Positions 36,423 to 45,400 of a stretch of 56,191 nucleotides of DNA are shown here, piece after piece (positions within the stretch are counted from its first letter, which is position 1; the number at the start of each line of letters is the position of its first letter). The translations under genes were made by a program, and so were the position numbers. A model generated the notes under the pieces. It saw only the letters and a program-made list of their open reading frames with translations. It did no database searches and had not been told where the DNA came from. The stretch is from positions 1-56,191 of the IMG/VR virus record IMGVR_UViG_3300027608_000002; one strand, 5' to 3'. The DNA comes from a virus (Duplodnaviria > Caudoviricetes).

Positions 36423-37211
36423 TCAATCTCTCTTAGGGCCAGGTAACTTTTTCAACGTCTCAATAGTTCTCTTTCGATATTGTTTAACAAAATGATCGAG
36501 AACTTCATGCCCATGATCCATGTCGCCATTGCCAATTTTAACAACATCATCAGGCTTTATAACATATTCTCCACCCGCCGCCACAATCTCTACAGGAGCC
36601 GCCCCGCCGGATGCTCTTGCGCCGTATGGTTTGCCTTCGGCATACGGGCTCGGAGAAGGGTCGTAGGGCTGTTTGTCGTTCTGCATGTAAGGTTGTGAGG
36701 AGAACATCTTTCTGGCGACCTTGAACCCCGCCATTGTGTTGCCTTCGCCCATCGCTGAAATGATATCAGCCGGAATCACATAGGATCCGGAATCAACATT
36801 CATCGGCAAATGATCCGTTCGTCCGGCGACCGGAGAATGAATTGGTCCTTCATGAACTTTATTCATTGGCGAAGTTCCAAAAGTTGGAACAGTTTCTGGA
36901 TAATCAACTTGGCGGGGTTTTGGAAACCCAAAATTTCCACCACCCGCCTTCGCCGTCCGAGCAGAAATTTTAAACGCTTTGGCGGTTGGTGCGCCTTTTG
37001 AATTTGGCTTCCGCATTTTCTCTTTTGAACCGTGGGCAATGCGTTCTCGTTTGGCGTGAATGTTGGCGTACAACCCGCCGCCAATTGCTTTTGTGTTCCG
37101 AGCGGTGTTCAACGCCGCGGCAATGGCCTGATTTTGCGGGTGGCCAGAGTGCATCATCTCCGAAATATTGGAGCTTATGGTCTTTTGGGACGAACCTTTT
37201 GTCAGCGGCAT
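36423..37211 (-). CDS. Modular late protein with duplicated G[ES]YVI domain
   Basis: ATG 37211 with GAGG SD; MPLTKGSS module, GLYANIHAKR module, GRTDHLP..GSYVIPAD and GGEYVIKPDDV. Confidence 0.7.
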   Translation of the reverse strand: MPLTKGSSQKTISSNISEMMHSGHPQNQAIAAALNTARNTKAIGGGLYANIHAKRERIAHGSKEKMRKPNSKGAPTAKAFKISARTAKAGGGNFGFPKPRQVDYPETVPTFGTSPMNKVHEGPIHSPVAGRTDHLPMNVDSGSYVIPADIISAMGEGNTMAGFKVARKMFSSQPYMQNDKQPYDPSPSPYAEGKPYGARASGGAAPVEIVAAGGEYVIKPDDVVKIGNGDMDHGHEVLDHFVKQYRKRTIETLKKLPGPKRD

Positions 37212-37218
37212 AACGACC

Positions 37219-37569
37219 TCACGTATAAGTGACAGAAGCAATCTGTCCTGTTCCAGTGGTGATGACAAGGCCGTCTGCAAACGGGACTTGAATTTGAACC
37301 ACGCCAACTGTGTTGGGGACAATGTAAATCCGCAAACCTGTTAGAGAGTTAATATTTGATGAATCGTAGACGGTTCCGGTTGTTGTTCCCGCTACAATAA
37401 CAGAGATATTGGCGAGCCAACCGCTTCCAACTTTAATTTGGTACGTTGTAGCCGCCGCAATTTCTTTTGTGTTGTTTGTTCCCGCAAACTTGGCCAATGC
37501 GCTTGGATATTCGCCAATTGCAATGACGCCGTTTTTCTGGGTGGTGAGGATGTCGTCAAGACTTGCCAT
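37219..37569 (-). CDS. Small beta-rich virion protein
   Basis: TGATG coupling to nozzle gene. Confidence 0.6.
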   Translation of the reverse strand: MASLDDILTTQKNGVIAIGEYPSALAKFAGTNNTKEIAAATTYQIKVGSGWLANISVIVAGTTTGTVYDSSNINSLTGLRIYIVPNTVGVVQIQVPFADGLVITTGTGQIASVTYT

Positions 37570-40169
37570 CAGAATTTCCCATCAAGTTGAGCACGGTAAC
37601 GCAGTGCGCCAATTCGGAAAAATGTTCCGTTCAACGCAACATCATTTGCGTCTGCCGTGGAGCACGAAATACGAAGCAATCGATTACGAATTCTGACGCT
37701 CAAATACTGCGTGGTTGAATTCATTTCGTATGGGCCATATTGGATAGGAGTATCTCCTGGATAATCCGCCCCATAAAACGTTAGATACATGGTCGCAGAG
37801 GTCGCGGAACTCGTCGATTGCTGCGCGGTTGTTTGCCATTTGAAATCAGGCCAAATTTGATCAATGAAAATCAAATTGTCTGCATCGTTCAATTGCATGT
37901 AACCCGTTTCAAATGATGACACCATTGGCGAAAAACCAGCATCGTATCCGATTTCATGTTGCCAGATGTAGCCATCGTTGTCCGCGCCAAGCGGCGACCC
38001 AAGGACGGATTGATCGCACCAAGCGGCACGATCCAACAAACCGTAATCCCATGCTTGGGTGAGGGTGTTATATTTAACGTATGAATCGTTATACGTTGAA
38101 TTCGTTGATGGGTAATACCACATCACTTCGTCAAAAATAGAATTTGTAGCGCATTGGATCAGGTCGCTATAAGGATAGCCATTCGGGTCCAAACTGGTGT
38201 TCAAATTTTGAAACACTTGATCCCAAACAGGACAAGCCATGTCTTGTGGACCACCTTCGGACAAAACGTTGAATCCTCCAGGAGACATCCAATATGTTGC
38301 TCTCCCAAGAATGCCAACTGCCTTTTGCGCAAGCAATCCAACACCGTCCGCGAGCTTGTTGAACCCGAACACATTTGGGTAGCCAATGTATTGCATCGCC
38401 CAAAGAGCAAGATCGGTCCAAATCAAAGCCTGTTGGGAAGCCTGAATTCCGCCAACAATTTTGCTTCCTTCCGCAAGCCGGAAAGAACCAGCTTGGTTGT
38501 TCGCGGAGGCTTGCCAAACGGTTGCGTCTCCAACCTCCGACCAACGGATCAACAGCGGATCTTGAATGCCTGTCACGGTTGAACCGTAGGCTACGACTTG
38601 CCTCGAAGGCATTGCGATGAAATGACCTGTGTTCGCGGTCGGAGCAGTTTCCAACAAAAACATGGTTGTTGTTTTTGAAGATGGAGACCAATAATAAATT
38701 TCACCGTTTTGAACGTTTGCGGTAAGAATTTCGCCAAAATTGTTAATCGTCCAATTGGTGGTCGTTATTGTTGGAGCAGTCGGATAGCCAATTGGAATAC
38801 CCGCTCCATATCCCCCTGCGCCGTATCCGCCGCCTCCGTAACCTAAAGGAGCAAAGGCGGACGGAATGTTGTAATAATAAGTAAATTGCGCACTGCCCAA
38901 ATTCATAAAAAATGAAGTGCTGCTTGTCGCGGCAGACGAGGCGGTTATTTGATATTGGGTCGAGCTGATATATGTCGTAAAATAATTTCCAAAAATCGTT
39001 ACACCCGCAGAAGTCGTGGACGTGAGAAACGCTGCCGTAAAACCATCCTGATATGGATGGTTTGTCTGAGTAACGGTAATAGTTGAAAATCCATTAGAAA
39101 CAGTAAACTCAGGAATTGTTGAAATGCTTGTCGTTGACGTTGCAACAATCCCGACATCAATCGTATAAACGTTGAAATACAAACTTGAAGTATAATTTTG
39201 AATTGAATAAACCCCGCTCACAATCAAATTTGATATGCTGATTGGCGTTTTAATAAAAACAGAAAACCCTGTTCGCAATTGGTTTGGGGCATAAACCGTG
39301 CCCGTCCCTGTCGATGTCGTGTTGACAAGGGTTAGGGTTCCGCTCGCAAAGGTCGTTGTCGAAATATTGAATGTTGTGGCAGTCAAAGGTTGAGCGTAAT
39401 AAGTTGTTCCCGCAGTGACTCCTGTGGGGAGCGACGTGCCATAAAACACCACGTTTGTGTCGAGGGTTGGCGCAACAGCAGCTGTGACCACGGTCGGCGA
39501 CCCATTGGTAAATGAAACAGACTGAACTCCCAACCCAGTGTCGTAAATGGTGACAGTTGATGATCCGCTCGTGGTCGAGGCAAGCGGAACGGTCACCGTA
39601 TGAACGCCGCTTCCTGCCGTGGTTGTTGCGATGCCAGTCCCGCCAACCGTAGTTGACACGCCAAAAGTGTTCGCTGTTGGCGTTGGAGAGGTTGACGCAA
39701 CATAATAAACTGTATCCACAGCAAGCGGAGAGGGCAAAGTGCCTGTTGTGGAAAATACAATCGGGGTTCCTGGAGGGTAGGAGCTTCCTGTCGCAGTCAC
39801 GACTGCAGGAGTCGCGTTTGTTATTGTTACGGTGTATGTGCTTTTTGGAGAATCAGAAGTTATTTTCTGAGGAGTGATAACGTTTTCGTTTCTGCTCACT
39901 TCATCAATAACCGAAATACTTTCCTCTGCCCCAACAGCAAGAGCCGCATCCCCGACCAAATTTTGCCAAGGATGAATGTCCGTAATAGTGCTTGAAATTG
40001 GACCCTGAGTCGCCCAATCAACCCAACCGCCCATTTTCTGAACAAGGCCCATGCCTGATCTGTCAGGCACAAAACGAATAAGCTGAGACTCCGAAAACGC
40101 CGCCTCGTTCAAAGCAGGTGTTTTGTTGGTATCAATACCAGGTATCAGCTTCATCGTTGCGTGAGGCAT
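37569..40169 (-). CDS. Tail nozzle / head-closure (P22 gp10/T7 gp12-like) protein with long beta-rich insertion
   Basis: 866 aa; IRWS, NQAGSFRL.EGS.I, MQYIG.P.VFGF, EVMWYYPS, QIWPDF. Confidence 0.7.
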   Translation of the reverse strand: MPHATMKLIPGIDTNKTPALNEAAFSESQLIRFVPDRSGMGLVQKMGGWVDWATQGPISSTITDIHPWQNLVGDAALAVGAEESISVIDEVSRNENVITPQKITSDSPKSTYTVTITNATPAVVTATGSSYPPGTPIVFSTTGTLPSPLAVDTVYYVASTSPTPTANTFGVSTTVGGTGIATTTAGSGVHTVTVPLASTTSGSSTVTIYDTGLGVQSVSFTNGSPTVVTAAVAPTLDTNVVFYGTSLPTGVTAGTTYYAQPLTATTFNISTTTFASGTLTLVNTTSTGTGTVYAPNQLRTGFSVFIKTPISISNLIVSGVYSIQNYTSSLYFNVYTIDVGIVATSTTSISTIPEFTVSNGFSTITVTQTNHPYQDGFTAAFLTSTTSAGVTIFGNYFTTYISSTQYQITASSAATSSTSFFMNLGSAQFTYYYNIPSAFAPLGYGGGGYGAGGYGAGIPIGYPTAPTITTTNWTINNFGEILTANVQNGEIYYWSPSSKTTTMFLLETAPTANTGHFIAMPSRQVVAYGSTVTGIQDPLLIRWSEVGDATVWQASANNQAGSFRLAEGSKIVGGIQASQQALIWTDLALWAMQYIGYPNVFGFNKLADGVGLLAQKAVGILGRATYWMSPGGFNVLSEGGPQDMACPVWDQVFQNLNTSLDPNGYPYSDLIQCATNSIFDEVMWYYPSTNSTYNDSYVKYNTLTQAWDYGLLDRAAWCDQSVLGSPLGADNDGYIWQHEIGYDAGFSPMVSSFETGYMQLNDADNLIFIDQIWPDFKWQTTAQQSTSSATSATMYLTFYGADYPGDTPIQYGPYEMNSTTQYLSVRIRNRLLRISCSTADANDVALNGTFFRIGALRYRAQLDGKF

Positions 40170-40175
40170 GGGAGG

Positions 40176-40892
40176 TTACCTCGTTGGTGAAGCGACAGGG
40201 GATGGCGAATAGGCTGTCCAAGCTGCCGCCTCGAACTTCTTGCGGTTTTCTTCGACCAATGCACTTGCCTTGAGGGCTTGATATTGGCTTTCGTAGCTTT
40301 GCGCCATCTGAGGGTCGTCGGACTGACGACCAAAATTGCGTTGATATGCAGAAATGTAAATCATTGAAGCCATGATGAACAAATCCGGCAGATAAACGCT
40401 GATGAACGTTGTGGTGTTTGCGGCAGATAAAGGCGTCGATCGAACTGTTCCAGTCAACCGAACTGAGTATGTTGAGTTGGGCGTTGGGCCAACAATGATA
40501 TTTTGCGACGTTTTTCCTGTCGTTGCAGAATCCCCGCCGAAAACCGCAAAGTATTTCGGCAAACCTGTCGTTGAGCCGCCGCCATAAACGTTTTGAATAT
40601 ATTCTTTCCCAATCGCCAAAAGCGGAGTTGAGTTACCTGATCCGTCAATAACCTCAAACGTCTGCAAAGAAACAAACGACGATGTTGGAATCGTCAGCGT
40701 ATTATTGCTGGAAGTGAACGAATAAGACGAATCGCTGATTTGCGTCGAAAGAAAATCTAAATCGCGTTGCATTCGCAATTCAGCGTAATCAATCATGCTT
40801 GGGACGATGGTGAGGTAATTCACGTCAGTTTCTTGCACAACCGCCATCGTGGCGATTTGTTCAACGTAGGTTGCGTATGTTAATCCGACCAT
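40176..40892 (-). CDS. Head-tail adaptor (gp4/gp11-like)
   Basis: TY..Y...I.YAE.R..R, G.PKYFA, GPTP..Y, PDL...AS. Confidence 0.65.
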   Translation of the reverse strand: MVGLTYATYVEQIATMAVVQETDVNYLTIVPSMIDYAELRMQRDLDFLSTQISDSSYSFTSSNNTLTIPTSSFVSLQTFEVIDGSGNSTPLLAIGKEYIQNVYGGGSTTGLPKYFAVFGGDSATTGKTSQNIIVGPTPNSTYSVRLTGTVRSTPLSAANTTTFISVYLPDLFIMASMIYISAYQRNFGRQSDDPQMAQSYESQYQALKASALVEENRKKFEAAAWTAYSPSPVASPTR

Positions 40893-40893
40893 G

Positions 40894-41406
40894 TCACCCT
40901 ACCATTGAAGTCGATGCCGATTTAACTTCTGCAACTCTCCGGCCCCACCCCTTGCCGAACGTTTCCCAAGTCGGAAGACTCTGCAAAAACTGCAATCTAT
41001 TATCGTTGATTTTTTGCAATAAGGAAAGGGGATCTTGTGAATTAACTAAAGAGAGGGTCGCAGGTCCGATAACCCCATCAGCATTAGCACCACAAGCTGT
41101 CTGAAGATACTTGCTGGCACGAGCAGGACCACTATTAATAGCAAGATCAAAAACAGAAAAGTCCACCCCAAACGGGAGGTCGTCGCAGCGGCACTTGTCC
41201 CAGTACCGCGCTTTGTAGAGGGGAGCGACGTCTGCAATTTTGAGGGCTTTGATGTCATCTTTTGTTACCTCATGGCCTACCCACTCTTCCCAAACCTTTT
41301 TTGTGCAGCCAAGGTTCGTGGCTCCACCAGGATCTTTTGGGTGATCGACGTACCCGCCTTCATGTTTCAAAACGAGAGCTAAACACTGTTCAAAATTGCC
41401 CTTCAT
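40894..41406 (-). CDS. Endolysin, glycoside hydrolase family 108 with peptidoglycan-binding domain
   Basis: LKHEGGYVDHPKDPGGATNLG, FD.A.NSG, ADGVIGPAT, FGKGWGRR. Confidence 0.92.
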   Translation of the reverse strand: MKGNFEQCLALVLKHEGGYVDHPKDPGGATNLGCTKKVWEEWVGHEVTKDDIKALKIADVAPLYKARYWDKCRCDDLPFGVDFSVFDLAINSGPARASKYLQTACGANADGVIGPATLSLVNSQDPLSLLQKINDNRLQFLQSLPTWETFGKGWGRRVAEVKSASTSMVG

Positions 41407-41409
41407 GGC

Positions 41410-41937
41410 TCACTCCTTGGGTGTTGAATTGTAAATCATCTGGTCTTTTTTCTGCGAGCCAGACGACGATCCGAAATAGAAAGCAATGATCCCGCCCCAT
41501 GCCGTTTGCAACGCGCCAAGAAGCAGAAGCAATGCCTCGTTGCCGGAAGTTGGTAACCCATAAACAAGCATATAAATCAGGATGGCAAAAAACCCAAATG
41601 TTACGCTTATTGCCAATGCTCGAGGAATCCAGTCTTTGACTTCTTTTTGCATCTCCCGAGCAGACTTGCGATCGTCCACCGCAAGTGCCTCGAGATCAAT
41701 GTCAAGTTTTTTCATTTGAACTTTGAAATCAGCATCAATCTTTTTGACCGTTGCAAGCTGCTCAGGAGATGCAGTGCGGAGGGCTGCTTGCAAATCATCC
41801 TCGGAGCCTTCCTCGTTGCCAAGCAATGCCAGAGACAATGCCTTCGTCGCCATCCCCGCCAATGGGCCACCCAAGGCCGTTGCGATGCTTGGAGCGACCG
41901 ACCCAAGCAATGGGCCAAATGTTTTAAGCAGATCCAT
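41410..41937 (-). CDS. Holin (3TM/GTA-holin-like)
   Basis: ALGGPLAG N-terminus, DR.SAR, two C-terminal TMs, FYFGSS; adjacent to endolysin. Confidence 0.75.
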   Translation of the reverse strand: MDLLKTFGPLLGSVAPSIATALGGPLAGMATKALSLALLGNEEGSEDDLQAALRTASPEQLATVKKIDADFKVQMKKLDIDLEALAVDDRKSAREMQKEVKDWIPRALAISVTFGFFAILIYMLVYGLPTSGNEALLLLLGALQTAWGGIIAFYFGSSSGSQKKDQMIYNSTPKE

Positions 41938-42181
41938 CGTCCTTACCTCCTGTAGATTTAGAACCCAACATGATACCCGACAACGTCCCTGTCAGAAACG
42001 TAGCGATTGGAGCAATTAATTTGAAGAACTCTTGATCATTCGGTGCTTGTCCATCAATTGGTTGCACGACAAATATCAGGCTGTACAGCACCGCAAATAC
42101 AGTCCCCGTTAACGTCAGGCATAGGCTGATGCCAATGATAAACTGGAGCAGGGCATGAAGTTCGTCTTCCTTGATCCTCAT
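41924..42181 (-). CDS. Two-TM membrane protein in lysis module
   Basis: ATG 42181 (ATGA overlap); two hydrophobic helices. Confidence 0.65.
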   Translation of the reverse strand: MRIKEDELHALLQFIIGISLCLTLTGTVFAVLYSLIFVVQPIDGQAPNDQEFFKLIAPIATFLTGTLSGIMLGSKSTGGKDDGSA

Positions 42182-42366
42182 CGCGCTACGGCTCCGCATG
42201 GATTTTGTTTGAGAGTGTCTGCGGAACAGGTTCCAGAGGCGGTGCAGATGGGCGGGTTGCACTCCGGCGCGTCCCAGTTCTTAGGGTCTTGGCATGGATA
42301 GCGATAACGGTCTTCGCACCCTGACAGAACCAAAAATATTGTTGCAGCCACCAACAGATGCTTCAT
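42178..42366 (-). CDS. Small Cys-rich lipoprotein
   Basis: Signal peptide with lipobox LSG/C; five further Cys. Confidence 0.75.
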   Translation of the reverse strand: MKHLLVAATIFLVLSGCEDRYRYPCQDPKNWDAPECNPPICTASGTCSADTLKQNPCGAVAR

Positions 42367-42438
42367 TTGTGCGCACTCGCTAGCAGCGTAAAAGGATCCA
42401 TTTATGAACTTTTCTGGGCTTTGTCGGCTTCCATAATG

Positions 42439-43605
42439 TTACTCGTACATTATGTTGATTGAACCAGCGTCAAAGGTGTCAGTGCCGTTGACTGTGGTGA
42501 TGCGGACTTGAGTAAGGGTATCGGTTAAAACTTTTGCGCCGCCTGTTACAAGAGTAAGTGGGTTACCAGTTGTGCCACCGACAAAAGAACATATCCAAGT
42601 GTTTGAACCAAAATAAGATATAATGGCTTGACCATATAAAACATTTGTTGCGGCGTTTGTGTATATGCTAAATCCTGTAGAAATAGCAGACCCGCCCGCA
42701 CCAGTATGGATTTGAGCAGAATCTCCAGTATACCCCGTTGCTTCAATACCACCCGCATCACCAAGTTGGATCATTGGCAATGATGAGCCGTTAGTTGATA
42801 CTCCATTGAGCATTACCGTAATACGCTTTACCCAAGACGGTATGCCCGTAAAATCAACAGTAGTTCCAGACGTAGACGCCTGAGCTGTAGCAGACGTAAT
42901 AGTTCCACCTTGAATGGTTTTATTGGTCAGCGTCTGAGTAGCAGCAAGAGTTGCAACCGTGTCTGTCGCAGCAGGGAATGTAATTGTATTGGTCCCCGCT
43001 ACAGCAGGAGCCGCAATCGTGAGAGTCCCAGATGTAGAGCCATTCAATGCTGTTGTGCTATCGAATGTTACCGCCCCATTGAATGTTGCCGCTCCATTGA
43101 ATGTTGCCGCCCCAACTACTGTTAATGTTCCATCAATTGTATCAAGTTGGGTTAATAAATTTGTGTCAGAATATTCTACTTTTGTTCCATCATAAAAGAT
43201 AATAGCTTGTTTTTCAGGTTTAATTATAACTCCAGTCCCGCTCGCTGGTTTCACAGTCAAAGTGTAAATTCCGGCTTGGGCGGTTGTTATGTCATTGATA
43301 ATAACCCAAGAACCTCCCATTGACCCAGAGCCAGTGATGTTTGCAGGGAGAGTTATTATTGCGTTCGCTACTAAATTTCCAGTTGCTGTAACAACAAGCT
43401 GTTGTGCCGAATACCAATAAACGCTTGAAACCACCGCAGTCGCGCTTGTCAAAGCAACAGTTGTTCCAGTCCCAATAGAAATCGGGAAAGAGGATCCTGC
43501 CAATTGGTCCAATTCAGTCCAGTTCGCATTAAGCGGAACGTTCCAATTTACGTCGTTCAAAGCAGGAAGCTGAATGTTTTTGTTTGAGGTGTATGTAATG
43601 GCCAT
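42439..43605 (-). CDS. Tail fibre / spike protein
   Basis: ATG 43605; W...LN.N...LD anchor, ATFNGA repeats, TQTLTNKT, C-terminal FTGIPSWVKRIT head. Confidence 0.7.
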   Translation of the reverse strand: MAITYTSNKNIQLPALNDVNWNVPLNANWTELDQLAGSSFPISIGTGTTVALTSATAVVSSVYWYSAQQLVVTATGNLVANAIITLPANITGSGSMGGSWVIINDITTAQAGIYTLTVKPASGTGVIIKPEKQAIIFYDGTKVEYSDTNLLTQLDTIDGTLTVVGAATFNGAATFNGAVTFDSTTALNGSTSGTLTIAAPAVAGTNTITFPAATDTVATLAATQTLTNKTIQGGTITSATAQASTSGTTVDFTGIPSWVKRITVMLNGVSTNGSSLPMIQLGDAGGIEATGYTGDSAQIHTGAGGSAISTGFSIYTNAATNVLYGQAIISYFGSNTWICSFVGGTTGNPLTLVTGGAKVLTDTLTQVRITTVNGTDTFDAGSINIMYE

Positions 43606-43606
43606 G

Positions 43607-43846
43607 TTATTTATCCACCTTGTTGTCGAGCTTGTCAAAAATCTTATCGAGCATGTTTTCAATTCGGAGCATTTGCTTTGAAAGCTCATCTTTCCGAACA
43701 TAGTTTGTTGGCATGTCCACCTTCATGTCATTGATCGTTGACGAGAGTTTTTGAATATCACTCACCAACTGACGGTAAAAATACCCGATAACTCCGAACA
43801 CCACAATCGCGGCAAGGTTTGCGAGGAATTGAAAATCCACAGTCAT
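43607..43846 (-). CDS. Small TM + coiled-coil protein
   Basis: N-terminal TM, YVRKDE, KIFDKLD.K.DK. Confidence 0.65.
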   Translation of the reverse strand: MTVDFQFLANLAAIVVFGVIGYFYRQLVSDIQKLSSTINDMKVDMPTNYVRKDELSKQMLRIENMLDKIFDKLDNKVDK

Positions 43847-44172
43847 TCAACGCTCCAAGGATTTGGCAGAGTGACGGGGTGATAGAACCGATAGGCAAGC
43901 GTCTGTTCGGCGGCGTTCTGGCGTTCCTGAACGCCCTCTGGGCCAAGGACGCCCTTCACCCACCCCACGACCTGATCCTCTGTGAGGTCAGCGTAGGGAG
44001 TGAATGGAGCGTCTGGGTCGAGTTTTAGGTTGGTCATCCCCGCAACCGCCGCAGAAAATGTTCCGTCCGTCGCCTCGCATGAATAGTTGACCTTCACGAC
44101 AACGTCCGTCTGGCCCTCGGCTTGAGGGTAGGATTCCATTGAGTTGATCGTCCAGATGTATGAAATTGTCAT
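43843..44172 (-). CDS. Tail-fibre-associated protein
   Basis: FTPYADLTEDQV.GWV..LG; C-terminal PW. Confidence 0.65.
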   Translation of the reverse strand: MTISYIWTINSMESYPQAEGQTDVVVKVNYSCEATDGTFSAAVAGMTNLKLDPDAPFTPYADLTEDQVVGWVKGVLGPEGVQERQNAAEQTLAYRFYHPVTLPNPWSVE

Positions 44173-44540
44173 GACTGATTCTCGCTAACCCATGATAAAG
44201 TTAATTCGTCCCATATATACATTTTCCCATCATTTGGATACGGGATAGGTGCTTGCCACTGGCATATGGTCGTGTTCAAAACCCATGACGGATAAGGCTG
44301 CGGCGCAATGAATGCATCCAACACAAGATTGTAGGTGTAGCCAATGCCTGCATAGTTTTTGCGGAAATTGGCGTTGTAACTGGTCTGTTTCCAGAAAGTC
44401 GTTAAGCCAAAGAGCGATTGCAAGAACGCCACGCCAACTGGTTCGCTTTCAGGAAACGGCAAATTATCAATCACGTCATTGCTAACAACGATAACTTGAG
44501 TGACAATATTATTCTCGTTAAGTTGTGCAAAATTCGCCAT
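44169..44540 (-). CDS. Tail-fibre-associated protein
   Basis: WKQTSYN..FRKNYAGIG.TY....DAFI.PQPYPSW; follows Gly-rich fibre. Confidence 0.7.
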   Translation of the reverse strand: MANFAQLNENNIVTQVIVVSNDVIDNLPFPESEPVGVAFLQSLFGLTTFWKQTSYNANFRKNYAGIGYTYNLVLDAFIAPQPYPSWVLNTTICQWQAPIPYPNDGKMYIWDELTLSWVSENQS

Positions 44541-45400
44541 CAGAATGTTATGCTCCCTGATCCGGTAAATTTGTATATTTTATACCCACCCGTGTTGGTG
44601 AACGTCGGTGAACCAGTTGTTGACGCCGCGTCGGGATAAGTGTTGGCATAGCGGATAATTACAATACCGGAACCGCCTGTGCCTCCAGGACCATAAGACC
44701 CGCCAGCATAGCCACCACCACCACCACCACCACCAGTATTTACGGTTCCATTAGTCCCCGCCGCAGTGCCGCCTGCACCGCCGCCGCCAGAACCGCCTGC
44801 CCCAGGAGTACCGCCTTGAGCTCCGTTGCCGCCGCCACCGCCACCCGCATAAGTTACAGAAGAACTGCTAATTGACGAAGCCGTACCGCTACCGCCTGCG
44901 CCGCACTGCGAACCAGAACCAACAGCACCGACTGCCCCTGCGCCGCCACCACCAGCAGACGGATAAGGGTTTCCGGAAGTGCCGTTGCTGCCGCCTGCAT
45001 TTCCTTGCCCTGAGGGGGATGCAGTGCCGCCATTATATACACCTGTTGACGCGCCGCCTGACCCTCCGCCAGAGCCGCCAGAGCCGCCGCCAGCCCCGTT
45101 ATTAACCCCAGTTCCATACCCGCCGCCAGCAGATGTAATACTACCAAAAACAGAACTTGATCCAACGGAACCCTGATTACTTGGGCTTCCTGACGCGCCG
45201 CCTGCGCCACCTGCGCCAACCGTTACTGTGATTGAAGACCCAATTGAAACAGCTAAACCCGTAGCAGTGCGAAAACCACCTGCGCCGCCGCCACCACCGT
45301 AGCCAGACCCACCGCCACCGCCGCCAGCGACAACCAGATATTCAACTGATGTTACCTTTTGAAGACCTGAAATAAAAAAAGAATTTTTGGCTGCAAACAT
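44540..45400 (-). CDS. Glycine-rich tail fibre/spike domain protein
   Basis: ATG 45400 (TAATG); VEYLVVAGGGGG..GGSGIVIIRY. Confidence 0.75.
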   Translation of the reverse strand: MFAAKNSFFISGLQKVTSVEYLVVAGGGGGGSGYGGGGGAGGFRTATGLAVSIGSSITVTVGAGGAGGASGSPSNQGSVGSSSVFGSITSAGGGYGTGVNNGAGGGSGGSGGGSGGASTGVYNGGTASPSGQGNAGGSNGTSGNPYPSAGGGGAGAVGAVGSGSQCGAGGSGTASSISSSSVTYAGGGGGGNGAQGGTPGAGGSGGGGAGGTAAGTNGTVNTGGGGGGGGYAGGSYGPGGTGGSGIVIIRYANTYPDAASTTGSPTFTNTGGYKIYKFTGSGSITF

